Positions 28,598 to 37,495 of a stretch of 64,000 nt of DNA are shown here, in pieces. Location: the NCBI GenBank assembly GCA_964527765.1, contig CAZGQR010000002.1, forward strand, positions 50,986 through 114,985, given 5' to 3'. The notes beneath the pieces were generated by a model. The model was given only the letters and a program-made list of their open reading frames with translations, made no database searches and was not told where the DNA came from. The translations under genes were made by a program, and so were the position numbers. The number at the start of each line of letters is the position of its first letter. Position 1 is the first letter of the stretch. Source of the stretch: an uncultured Planctomycetia bacterium. GTDB lineage: Bacteria > Omnitrophota > Gorgyraeia > Tantalellales > Tantalellaceae.

Positions 28598-28981
28598 ATG
28601 CCAGGTGGAGACAGAACTGGTCCAAGGGGCTTAGGGCCCATGACGGGTAGAGCTGCCGGATATTGCGCCGGCTATTCCGTTCCCGGGTACATGAACCCGG
28701 TTACCGGAAGGGGATGGTTTGCTTATGGCAGAGGCCGCGGCGGCGGCCGCGGATGGCGGAACTGGTACTATGCCACGGGCATGCCCGGCTGGCAGAGAGC
28801 CGCGTACGGTTATCCGGCTTTTGGAGCGGGAACATATCCCTATCCGCCGGAACCGACGGTCGACGAGGAAAAAAGTATGCTGAAGGAAGAAGCGGAAATG
28901 CTCAAACAGCAGCTTGAGGACATCCAGGACCGTATAAGCACTCTCGAAAAAGCCCGGGATTCAGAAGAGAAAAAGAAGTAA
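28598..28981 (+). CDS. DUF5320-family protein
   Basis: MPGGDRTGPRGLGPMTGRAAGYC, Gly/Arg-rich middle, C-terminal coiled coil. Confidence 0.8.
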   Translation: MPGGDRTGPRGLGPMTGRAAGYCAGYSVPGYMNPVTGRGWFAYGRGRGGGRGWRNWYYATGMPGWQRAAYGYPAFGAGTYPYPPEPTVDEEKSMLKEEAEMLKQQLEDIQDRISTLEKARDSEEKKK

Positions 28982-29004
28982 GAGCTAAAGAGGAGGTATT
29001 TTCA

Positions 29005-29385
29005 ATGCGGATAGCCATATCTACAGATGGGGATAGTGTATCCCCGCATTTCGGGCGCTGTCCTTCTTTTACTATTGTTGATATTGAGGAAGGTAATATA
29101 ATAAAGAAAGAGACCGTCGACAATCCGGGGCACCATCCGGGTTTCCTGCCCCAGTTTTTGCGCGAAAGAAACGTTAATTATATCATTGCCGGCGGAATGG
29201 GACAAAGGGCGGTTCAGTTGTTCGCGCAAGAGGGGATCGAGATAATAGTCGGGGTCAGCGGTACGATCGATGACGTCATACGGAAGATCGCGAACGGCAC
29301 TCTCGAAGGAGGAGAGAGTTTATGTGAACCCGGCGCGGGAAAAGGATACGGGGTGGACAAGACCGAATGCGAGCATGAGGAATAG
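29005..29385 (+). CDS. NifB/NifX-family metallocofactor-binding protein
   Basis: MRIAI..VSPHFGRC, IAGGMG. Confidence 0.88.
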   Translation: MRIAISTDGDSVSPHFGRCPSFTIVDIEEGNIIKKETVDNPGHHPGFLPQFLRERNVNYIIAGGMGQRAVQLFAQEGIEIIVGVSGTIDDVIRKIANGTLEGGESLCEPGAGKGYGVDKTECEHEE

Positions 29386-29444
29386 AGAGTTCCCGTAAAC
29401 ATCCATCGGCCGAGGGCCCGAATTTTAACGAAGGAGGTAAGTTT

Positions 29445-29810
29445 ATGAAGATTTGCGTAACGGCACAGGGTGATAACCTGGATGCGCAGGTGGACCCCAG
29501 GTTCGGAAGGTGCCAGTACTTTATTTTTGTCGATACGGATACGCTCCAGTTTGAGGCGGTCGAGAATCCCAGCGCCGATGTCATGGGGGGAGCCGGGGTC
29601 GTGTCAGGCCAGCTCGTGGCGGGAAAACAGGTCAAAGCGGTGCTTACCGGCAATGTCGGACCCAACGCTTTTCAGACGCTGCAGGCGGCAGGGATCGATA
29701 TCATCACCGGCGCTTCCGGCAGCGTGAAAGAGGCGGTCGAGAAGTACGGGAAAGGCGAATTGAAGTCTACGGGGGATCCTACCGTCGGCCCCAAGTTCGG
29801 AGTACAGTAA
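29445..29810 (+). CDS. NifB/NifX-family metallocofactor-binding protein
   Basis: VDPRFGRC, GGAG, LTGNVGPNA. Confidence 0.88.
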   Translation: MKICVTAQGDNLDAQVDPRFGRCQYFIFVDTDTLQFEAVENPSADVMGGAGVVSGQLVAGKQVKAVLTGNVGPNAFQTLQAAGIDIITGASGSVKEAVEKYGKGELKSTGDPTVGPKFGVQ

Positions 29811-29840
29811 ATAACGGATATTTTAAATCGGAGGTGTGAT

Positions 29841-30059
29841 ATGCCATTGGGAGATGGAACAGGCCCCCGCGGCCGGGGGCCGGGGACCGGAAGAGGTATG
29901 GGTAGAGGCGGCGGACGCGGACCCGGAGGAAGGCCGGGCGCCGGACCCGGCGGCAACTGTGTGTGCCCGAGCTGCGGAACAAAAGCTCCCCACAGGCCGG
30001 GAGTTCCCTGTGCTTCGATGAATTGTCCGAAATGCGGCGCGGGGATGGTAAGGGCATAG
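29841..30059 (+). CDS. Small Gly/Arg-rich protein with DUF5320-like N-terminus and Cys-rich C-terminus
   Basis: GGAGGTG RBS; [18 protein letters not shown]...CVCPSCG...[11 protein letters not shown]. Confidence 0.8.
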   Translation: MPLGDGTGPRGRGPGTGRGMGRGGGRGPGGRPGAGPGGNCVCPSCGTKAPHRPGVPCASMNCPKCGAGMVRA

Positions 30060-30062
30060 CAT

Positions 30063-30911
30063 ATGATCATATCGATTGCCAGCGGAAAAGGCGGCACCGG
30101 AAAGACCACGGTGGCCACGAGTCTCGCTCTTTCAATAGAGCGCGCCGTTCAATTTTTAGACTGTGATGTTGAAGAACCGAACGCGCACATCTTCATAAAG
30201 CCTGATATCGAGAGCACGCAGGCTGTTTTTATTCCCGTGCCCGAGATCGACGAATCCAAATGCGATTATTGCGGCAGGTGTCAGGAAGTCTGCGTTTACA
30301 ACGCGATCGCCGTTATCCCTCCCGCGGAAAAACCCGTCCGCGCGGGAAAAACGCTTATTTTCCCGGAGCTGTGTCACGGGTGCGGCGCCTGTTCTTATTT
30401 TTGCCCGAAAGGAGCCATAAAGGAGGTCAATAGACAAATAGGCGTTGTCGAAAAAGGCAAAAAGGAGGGACTGGAGTTCGTGCACGGCAGGCTCAATATC
30501 GGGGAACCGATGGCTCCGCCGCTGGTAAGAGCGGTCAGACGACATGTCGATCGCGCAAAAACCGTTATAATCGATGCTCCCCCGGGGACATCCTGCCCGG
30601 TCATCACTTCCATAAAGGATACGGATTACTGTATTCTTGTTACCGAACCCACTCCCTTCGGGCTTTACGACCTGATCCTGGCGGTCGAAGTTTTGAAGAA
30701 ACTGAAGATCCCTTTCGGTGTTATTATTAACCGCGCCGGCCTGGGCAACGATGAGACCGATAAGTATTGCAGGAAAGAGAATATCCCCGTTCTCATGAAG
30801 ATACCGTTCAGCAGGGAGATCGCAGCGGCTTATTCCAGGGGCACTGCTGTTGTCGAAGCATTCCCCGAGTATAGAGAACGCTTTATGAAAGTATTTAAGG
30901 ATATAAAATAG
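30063..30911 (+). CDS. MinD/ParA-type P-loop ATPase with inserted 2x[4Fe-4S] ferredoxin
   Basis: SGKGGTGKT, DCDVEEPN, CDYCGRCQEVC, CHGCGACSYFCP, DAPPGTSCP. Confidence 0.9.
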   Translation: MIISIASGKGGTGKTTVATSLALSIERAVQFLDCDVEEPNAHIFIKPDIESTQAVFIPVPEIDESKCDYCGRCQEVCVYNAIAVIPPAEKPVRAGKTLIFPELCHGCGACSYFCPKGAIKEVNRQIGVVEKGKKEGLEFVHGRLNIGEPMAPPLVRAVRRHVDRAKTVIIDAPPGTSCPVITSIKDTDYCILVTEPTPFGLYDLILAVEVLKKLKIPFGVIINRAGLGNDETDKYCRKENIPVLMKIPFSREIAAAYSRGTAVVEAFPEYRERFMKVFKDIK

Positions 30912-30912
30912 A

Positions 30913-31770
30913 ATGAAAGAGTTAGTGATCATAAGCGGTAAAGGCGGAACGGGTAAGACCATACTTACCGCGGCTTTCGCCTCTTTGGCCGAAAACAAGG
31001 TAATGGCTGATTGTGATGTGGACGCGGCGGACCTGCATCTCGTTTTAAAGCCTGCCGTAAAAGAGCGCCACCTGTTCAAGAGCGGGATGACGGCGCTTAT
31101 AGACAAGGGTCTCTGTACGGGGTGCGGGAAGTGTATCGATGTTTGCCGCTTTGATGCCATAGGCGAAGACTTTGTCGTGGATGCTGTCGCCTGTGAGGGC
31201 TGCGCTTTTTGCAGCCATGCGTGCCCGGAAGGGGCCATAAGGATGGAAGAGAACACCGCGGGTCAGTGGTTCATCTCCGACACGAGATTCGGTCCCATGG
31301 TCCACGCAAAACTGGGCATTGCCGAGGAAAATTCCGGCAAGCTTGTGAGCCTGGTCAAGAAAAAAGCCAGGGAGATAGCCGAGAGGCGGAACCTGGAATG
31401 GATAATTGTTGACGGCGCCCCCGGGATAGGGTGCCCGGTCATTGCCTCTATTTCCGGCGTCAGCTGCGCGCTGGTAGTGACCGAGCCGACCGTCTCGGGC
31501 CTGCACGATGCCGACCGGGTAATAAAAGTGGCCAGGCATTTCGGCGCCCCCGTAAGACTTGTGATCAATAAGTATGATTTAAATCCCGAGATGACGGAAA
31601 AGATCGAGGGATATTGCCGGGAGAACGATATACCGCTCGTAGGGAAAATACCTTTTGATGAATCTGTCGTAAAAGCTGTGGTGAGAGCTGAAACAGTGAT
31701 AGAATATTCTCACGGGCCGGCAGGACAGGAGATCAGGAAAATATGGGACAAGTTAAAAGTTGAAATTTAG
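30913..31770 (+). CDS. MinD/ParA-type P-loop ATPase with inserted 2x[4Fe-4S] ferredoxin (paralog)
   Basis: SGKGGTGKT, DCDVDAAD, CTGCGKCIDVC, CEGCAFCSHACP, DGAPGIGCP. Confidence 0.9.
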   Translation: MKELVIISGKGGTGKTILTAAFASLAENKVMADCDVDAADLHLVLKPAVKERHLFKSGMTALIDKGLCTGCGKCIDVCRFDAIGEDFVVDAVACEGCAFCSHACPEGAIRMEENTAGQWFISDTRFGPMVHAKLGIAEENSGKLVSLVKKKAREIAERRNLEWIIVDGAPGIGCPVIASISGVSCALVVTEPTVSGLHDADRVIKVARHFGAPVRLVINKYDLNPEMTEKIEGYCRENDIPLVGKIPFDESVVKAVVRAETVIEYSHGPAGQEIRKIWDKLKVEI

Positions 31771-31786
31771 GGCCGGCGCCTGAAAA

Positions 31787-32416
31787 ATGAAATATATCCC
31801 CAAGTTAAATGATACGGAAATAGAAGATAATCACCGGCACTTTGAAGAAAGGGCCTCCGTCTATAAAAGAAAAGGGCTTGATTTCATGAAAAGCCGGGAG
31901 TTTATTATCGGGACCGCCGGCCCGCTGAAAGGCAGAGTGCTGGAGATAGGCGCGGGCAACGGCCATACCACGCTGGCGCTGGTGAAAATGGGATACAGGT
32001 TCACGGCGGTAGATAACGACAGGGAATCCCTGAAAATAACGGCCATGAACCTCGCTTACGAGAAAGCGCTGGATAGCGTCGAGCTTTATGTCATGGACGG
32101 GAGGTCGCTGACTTTCGCGGACGGCAGTTTCGACAGCGTAGTCATGGTGAACCTGTTCCATCACGTGAGTGACGTGGAAAGACTCCTTTCGGAAGCGGAC
32201 AGGGTTTTATGCGAAGGCGGCAAGCTTGTCCTGGCTGATTTTAACGGAAAAGGGATGGAAATAATAGGTTCCGTTCACGGACAGGAAGGGCGCACCCACG
32301 AAGATTCCGGCGTCAGCCGGGGCCGGGTATATTCTTACTTAAACGGTCTCGGCTACAAAACCGAAAGATACGACGAAGATCATCACTGGATCCTGATAGC
32401 GAAAAAAGCAAAATAG
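31787..32416 (+). CDS. Class I SAM-dependent methyltransferase
   Basis: VLEIGAGNG, FADGSFD, LFHH. Confidence 0.85.
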   Translation: MKYIPKLNDTEIEDNHRHFEERASVYKRKGLDFMKSREFIIGTAGPLKGRVLEIGAGNGHTTLALVKMGYRFTAVDNDRESLKITAMNLAYEKALDSVELYVMDGRSLTFADGSFDSVVMVNLFHHVSDVERLLSEADRVLCEGGKLVLADFNGKGMEIIGSVHGQEGRTHEDSGVSRGRVYSYLNGLGYKTERYDEDHHWILIAKKAK

Positions 32417-32440
32417 ATGCAAGTAAGGGGTATGCGCAAA

Positions 32441-32632
32441 ATGGCCTGCAAATGGTTCGATGTCTGCCCGCTCAAGAGATTTTACGAAGAAGGCAGGCTG
32501 CATGAAAAGTGGGTCAGGGGTTACTGCAAGGGCGATCATTCAAGATGCGTGAGGAAGAAGATGGAAGAAGACGGGACATATCACCCCGATAACATGCTCC
32601 CGGACGGAACGATCGATAAGAACCTGCGATGA
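32441..32632 (+). CDS. Small Cys-rich protein of unknown function
   Basis: CKWFDVCP...YC......CVR...PDNMLPDG; in-operon overlap with next gene; start may be 32417 or 32432. Confidence 0.7.
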   Translation: MACKWFDVCPLKRFYEEGRLHEKWVRGYCKGDHSRCVRKKMEEDGTYHPDNMLPDGTIDKNLR

Positions 32633-33405
32633 CCAAAAGAAAATATAAATATATTTACGGACCGGTGCCTTCGTGGCGGCTCGGAAGTTCTCTCGGGGTG
32701 GACCCCATCCAGGGCAGGGAAAAGGTCTGCTCGTTCGATTGTCTTTATTGCCAGCTCGGCAGGACCGAGATCTTTACCGCCAGAAGAAAGAAGTTCGTCG
32801 CCACCTCCGAGGTCATGAAGGAAATAAATTCCCTGCCCCCGGTCAAGATCGATTACATAACGTTTTCAGGGATGGGCGAACCCACCCTGGCCAAAAATCT
32901 GGGCGAGATGATAAGGGCGGTCAAGAGGGCCAGGAAGGAAAAAGTGGCGGTGCTTACGAACGCCTCTCTTATGTACAGGAAAGATGTCCGGAGGGACCTG
33001 TTAAAAGCCGATCTTGTGGCGGTCAAGATGGACGCTTCTTCGGAAAAACTGTTGCGTAAAGTGAACAAGCCCACCGGGGGCATTACATTGGGGCGCATTG
33101 TAAGGTCCATAAAGGATTTTAAGGCCGCGTATAAGGGAAAACTTGCCCTGCAGATCATGTTCGTGAAAGAGAACGAGAAATACGCGAAAGAAATAGCGGG
33201 GATAGCGAAAGAGATCGGTCCGGACGAAGTTCAGATCAATACTCCCCTGCGGCCATGCGCAGTAAAGCCTTTAACAAGAAATAAGATCAGCAGGATCAAA
33301 AAGTATTTTCAGCCGTTGAATGCCGTTTCCGTTTATGAAAGCAGGCGTAAGAAGGTCAGGCCGATCAGCACGGAGGAAACCCTGAAAAGGAGAGGTAAGA
33401 TATAA
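32629..33405 (+). CDS. Radical SAM protein (TYW1-like short family)
   Basis: YGPVPSWRLGSSLG, CSFDCLYC, TFSGMGEPTL. Confidence 0.9.
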   Translation: MTKRKYKYIYGPVPSWRLGSSLGVDPIQGREKVCSFDCLYCQLGRTEIFTARRKKFVATSEVMKEINSLPPVKIDYITFSGMGEPTLAKNLGEMIRAVKRARKEKVAVLTNASLMYRKDVRRDLLKADLVAVKMDASSEKLLRKVNKPTGGITLGRIVRSIKDFKAAYKGKLALQIMFVKENEKYAKEIAGIAKEIGPDEVQINTPLRPCAVKPLTRNKISRIKKYFQPLNAVSVYESRRKKVRPISTEETLKRRGKI

Positions 33406-33851
33406 TGGGCACGATGAAATCGAAGAAGTTTAGTTACAGGTGTTCCGTCAGGTGGGCGGGAGAGAAAAAGGGCATACTCTCATCGGCGGGCAAGCCGGAT
33501 ATCGAGGTGGCCACGCCCCCCGAATTCAGGGGCCATGCGGGCATGTGGACCCCCGAAGAACTGTTCGTCGCTTCGGTCAATATCTGTATCAAGACCACGT
33601 TTCTGCATTATGCCGAGAAGAACAGTTTCGAGATCCTGAGCTATGAAAGCGACGCGGAAGGGGTCCTGGAAAAAGTAGGGGACCGGTTCATGTTCTCGGA
33701 GATAAATGTCAGGCCCAGGATCCGTGTCAGATCAGGCGCCGAGATCGATAAGGCAAAGGAATTTATAGGGCTTTCAGAGAAGAACTGTCTTATTTCCAAT
33801 TCCGTGGAATCCAGGGTCGAAGTTCTTGCTGAGATCAGCGCGGGAGGTTAG
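33405..33851 (+). CDS. OsmC/Ohr-family protein
   Basis: TPPEFRG..WTPEELF..SVNIC, CLISNS. Confidence 0.85.
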   Translation: MGTMKSKKFSYRCSVRWAGEKKGILSSAGKPDIEVATPPEFRGHAGMWTPEELFVASVNICIKTTFLHYAEKNSFEILSYESDAEGVLEKVGDRFMFSEINVRPRIRVRSGAEIDKAKEFIGLSEKNCLISNSVESRVEVLAEISAGG

Positions 33852-33852
33852 A

Positions 33853-34170
33853 ATGGCGGATTTTAAACAGATAGATGAAGCGAGGAGCCTGCTGGGGCTT
33901 GATGAAGATTCGACCCTGCAGGAAATAAGGAAGGCTTATCGAAGGCTTGCCTTGAAATATCATCCCGATAAGTGCAAGGAGAAAGACAAAAAGAAGTGCG
34001 AGGAAATGTTCAAAAAGATAAATCACGCCAATGGCATCATCCTGTCTTACTGCGCGAATTACAGGATCTCTTTTAAGGAAAAAAGCGTCAAGGAAACAAC
34101 GATGGATAAGGAGCTGTACGACCACCTGAAAAGGTTCTACGACGGCTGGTGGGGAAACCTGGATTTATGA
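33853..34170 (+). CDS. Small J-domain (DnaJ-like) protein
   Basis: IRKAYRRLALKYHPD..FKKIN.A. Confidence 0.88.
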   Translation: MADFKQIDEARSLLGLDEDSTLQEIRKAYRRLALKYHPDKCKEKDKKKCEEMFKKINHANGIILSYCANYRISFKEKSVKETTMDKELYDHLKRFYDGWWGNLDL

Positions 34171-34790
34171 GCGATTTTTTTGACGAGCATTACAAGCAGT
34201 ACGACGCATGGTACGACAGGAATAAATTCGCTTATTTGTCGGAACTGGAGGCCGTGAAGAAAGCCCTTCCCCGAGAAGGTCACGGGCTGGAGGTCGGGGT
34301 CGGTTCCGGGAGGTTCGCCGCTCCGCTGGGGATCGCGGTGGGCATCGACCCCTCGAAAAAAATGGTGGAACTTGCCAGGAAAAGGGGAGTGGACGCCCGC
34401 CCGGGCTCAGGTGAGGACCTTCCGTTTGAAGATGCCACCTTCGATTACGTGGCGATAATCGTTACATTGTGCTTTGTCGGCGATCCCGGACAGGTTATAG
34501 GGGAATCAGCAAGGGTCCTGAAGGGCCGCGGGAGGATCATCATCGGGATAGTGGATAAAGACAGCTTCCTGGGCGAGTCCTACCGGGAGAAAAAAAGCGT
34601 GTTTTACGGCCGCGCGCATTTCTTCAACGTTAAAGAAGTCACGTTAATGCTCAAGGAAGCGGGATTTGGCGAGTTCTCGTATTATCAGACCTTGTTTGAC
34701 CTGCCGGATAAAATGAGCTCCGTTGCGGAACCGCGGGAAGGTTTTGGCAAAGGCGGTTTTGTCGTTATCAGCGGGGTCAGACGCGGATGA
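34167..34790 (+). CDS. Class I SAM-dependent methyltransferase
   Basis: GLEVGVGSGRF, EDLPF..FD, TLCFV. Confidence 0.88.
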   Translation: MSDFFDEHYKQYDAWYDRNKFAYLSELEAVKKALPREGHGLEVGVGSGRFAAPLGIAVGIDPSKKMVELARKRGVDARPGSGEDLPFEDATFDYVAIIVTLCFVGDPGQVIGESARVLKGRGRIIIGIVDKDSFLGESYREKKSVFYGRAHFFNVKEVTLMLKEAGFGEFSYYQTLFDLPDKMSSVAEPREGFGKGGFVVISGVRRG

Positions 34791-34875
34791 CCTATTTCTT
34801 TTCTTATCCCGGAGTATGGTGTATAATTTAACCGTTCATCGTGAAGCGTTTTTTTAATGTTACAAGGTCATCCGT

Positions 34876-36711
34876 ATGAAGTTAAAAAGAGAACTCGTTC
34901 TTCTTGACGTTTTCTGCGTTGCATCGGGTGCGATGATAAGTTCCGGGATTTTTATACTGCCGGGACTCGCTCATGCTCTTGCGGGGCCGTCCGCCGTCAT
35001 TTCCTATTTCCTGGCGGGTCTTTTGGCGATGGCGGGAATGCTCAGCCAGGCGGAACTCGTGTCCGCCATGCCAAGAGCGGGCGGCACGTATTTTTACGTT
35101 ACGCGCAGCATGGGCCCCGCCTTCGGGACGATCGACGGCCTTCTCACGTGGCTTTCAATATCGCTCAAGAGCTCCTTCGCACTCGTTGGCATGGCCGCCT
35201 TCACCAGCCTCGCGGTAGGGATCGACGCCCGCCTGATAGCTCTCGGGTTTTGCCTTTTTTTCATTACTATTAACTATATCGGCATAAAAGAAGCCGGCAG
35301 GGTCCAGGTCGGCATCGTAGTTGTCCTGCTGGCGCTTCTGATCGCGTATGTGATAAAGGGGATACCTGCTGTCGGAATGGATAATTTCCGGCCGTTCGCG
35401 CCTTACGGGATCACCGCGATCTTTTCTACCGCCGGGTTTGTGTTTGTTTCGTATGGAGGGCTGCTTAAGGTCGCGAGCATCGCGGAAGAGGTAAAAAATC
35501 CCGGGAAGATCGTGCCGCTCGGCATGATACTTTCTCTCGCGGTTGTGGGGGTTCTGTACACGCTGGTCGTTTTTGTGACGTCGGGTGTCCTGGGCGCCGA
35601 ACAGCTCGATCATTCTATGACGCCGATCTCGGACGGAGCCGGGGTATTCCTCGGCGAATGGGGGAGAATAGCCCTCGGTGTAGCCGCCATACTCGCGTTC
35701 GTGTCGACAGCCAATGCCGGCATCATGGCGGCCTCAAGGTATCCTTTGGCGCTCAGCCGAGACCATCTTCTTCCCGACATCTTCGGCAATGTCAGCAAGA
35801 GATTTCAAACGCCGGATGTCTCTATATTGTTCACCGGAATTATCATAATGTCTGCCCTCTTTCTCGATCTGTACGTCCTTGTCGAAGTCGCGTCCACGGT
35901 GCTTATCCTTACCTTCATATTCTCCTGCCTGTGCGTGATAATCATGCGGGAGAGTAAGGTGCAGAACTATCAGCCGAGATTCAGGGCTCCGCTGTATCCC
36001 TGGGTACAGCTTGCGGGTATTTTCGGTTGCTGGCTCATGGTGGTCAACATGGGGAAAGAGGCCCTCTTCATCGGTTCCGTTCTCTTTGCATGCGGCCTGG
36101 CGGTATTTTGGTTCTATGGCCGCTTAAGGGCCAGGAAGGATTTTGCGCTTCTGCACTTGATAGAGAGGATAACGGCAAAAGAACTGGTCAATGTTTCCCT
36201 CGAATCGGAGCTCAAGGAGATAATCAGGGAAAGGGACGAGGTCATAAAAGACAGGTTCGACCACAGTGTCGAAGAGGGCATAGTCCTGGATATCGATGGG
36301 TCCATGACCATGCATGAGTTCTTCGGGCTTGCCGCGAAAAAAATGTCTGAAAAACTTGGCATGGACAGTTCCGATCTTCTGCGCCTGCTGCTTGAAAGGG
36401 AGAAGCAAAGCAGCACGGTACTGAGTCCCGGCCTGGCAATACCGCACATTATAATCGACGGTCTCCAGACCTTTCTTATACTTCTGGCCAGATGCAAAGC
36501 GGGTATCATTTTTCCGGGCAAGGAGAGAAAGGTACATACCGTTTTCGTGATAGCCGGCACCAAGGATGAGAGGAATTTTCATCTCCGCACTTTATCGGCT
36601 ATAGCGCAGATCGTCCAGGACCCGCGTTTTGAGAGAAAATGGATGAGCGCGAAAAACACCGAAGCTCTTCGTGACATCGTCCTGCTCGGGAAACGCAGGC
36701 GCCATCACTGA
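34876..36711 (+). CDS. APC-family amino acid permease fused to a C-terminal PTS EIIA (Fru/Ntr-type) domain
   Basis: GAMISSGIF, AGGTY, AEEVKNP, about 12 TM; C-terminal REKQSST..PGLAIPH. Confidence 0.88.
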   Translation: MKLKRELVLLDVFCVASGAMISSGIFILPGLAHALAGPSAVISYFLAGLLAMAGMLSQAELVSAMPRAGGTYFYVTRSMGPAFGTIDGLLTWLSISLKSSFALVGMAAFTSLAVGIDARLIALGFCLFFITINYIGIKEAGRVQVGIVVVLLALLIAYVIKGIPAVGMDNFRPFAPYGITAIFSTAGFVFVSYGGLLKVASIAEEVKNPGKIVPLGMILSLAVVGVLYTLVVFVTSGVLGAEQLDHSMTPISDGAGVFLGEWGRIALGVAAILAFVSTANAGIMAASRYPLALSRDHLLPDIFGNVSKRFQTPDVSILFTGIIIMSALFLDLYVLVEVASTVLILTFIFSCLCVIIMRESKVQNYQPRFRAPLYPWVQLAGIFGCWLMVVNMGKEALFIGSVLFACGLAVFWFYGRLRARKDFALLHLIERITAKELVNVSLESELKEIIRERDEVIKDRFDHSVEEGIVLDIDGSMTMHEFFGLAAKKMSEKLGMDSSDLLRLLLEREKQSSTVLSPGLAIPHIIIDGLQTFLILLARCKAGIIFPGKERKVHTVFVIAGTKDERNFHLRTLSAIAQIVQDPRFERKWMSAKNTEALRDIVLLGKRRRHH

Positions 36712-36780
36712 TTTGTCTCGAATTTTCCGGCTGTTATTTTACCCCTCCGCAACGCTTTAAGGCGAGTCCAAAAATTCCGC

Positions 36781-36847
36781 TTGACAAGCCGATATAAAAG
36801 TATTATATTTGTGAAATCCGGAACGAAGTCTGTGAATATTATCACAA
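36781..36847 (+). promoter_or_regulatory. Sigma70 promoter plus Rex operator
   Basis: TTGACA (36781-86), 17 bp, TATATT (36804-09); CTGTGAATATTATCACAA (36830-47) is 16/18 to TTGTGAA-N4-TTCACAA; extra half-site TTGTGAA at 36809-15. Confidence 0.82.
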
Positions 36848-37480
36848 ATGATCATGAATGGAAAGAAAATACCCGAAAGCACCATCTCCCGTCTTTTTGT
36901 CTACCTGAGAGAGATTGCCGAACTTGCCAAATTGAACATACGCACGATCTCGTCCGCTGAATTGGGGGAGAGGACCAACCTGAGCGACGCTCAGGTCAGG
37001 AAGGATCTCGGGTATTTCGGGCAGTTCGGCGTGAGCGGTTCGGGTTATGATACGGCTGAACTTAAGAAAGCGCTGGAAAAGATACTCGGCAAGGACAAGA
37101 CCTGGAATGTCGCAGTTGTGGGCGTGGGGCATCTTGGTTCGGCCCTGCTTTCCTATACCGGGTTCGAGAGGCACGGGCTTGAAATAGTGGCCGCGTTTGA
37201 TACCGATCCGGAAAAGGTCGGCAAGCTGGACGGCCTGACCGTGCGGGCGATAGACGAGCTCCCGAAAACGGCGGCCGATAAAAAGATATCCATTGCCATC
37301 ATAGCGGTCCCGGCCGAAAACGCGCAGGAAGTAGCGGAGAGACTGGTCGGTGCGGGAGTTAAATGTATACTGAATTTCGCGCCCGTCAGCTTGAATACCC
37401 CGGAGGACGTTAAAGTCAAGAATGTCGATCTCTCGCGGGAGCTGGAAACATTATCGTATTTTCTGGTGAATAAAAAATAG
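36848..37480 (+). CDS. rex: Redox-sensing repressor Rex
   Basis: KIPESTISRL..Y, ISSAELG, QVRKDLGYFG.FG..GSGY, GVGHLG, ILNFAP. Confidence 0.95.
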   Translation: MIMNGKKIPESTISRLFVYLREIAELAKLNIRTISSAELGERTNLSDAQVRKDLGYFGQFGVSGSGYDTAELKKALEKILGKDKTWNVAVVGVGHLGSALLSYTGFERHGLEIVAAFDTDPEKVGKLDGLTVRAIDELPKTAADKKISIAIIAVPAENAQEVAERLVGAGVKCILNFAPVSLNTPEDVKVKNVDLSRELETLSYFLVNKK

Positions 37481-37495
37481 GCCAAAGATCCGAAA

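Noticed and set aside
29005-31770. Nitrogen fixation cluster
   Set aside because: Only NifX-fold carriers and MinD-type ATPases; no NifH, NifD, NifK, NifE or NifN
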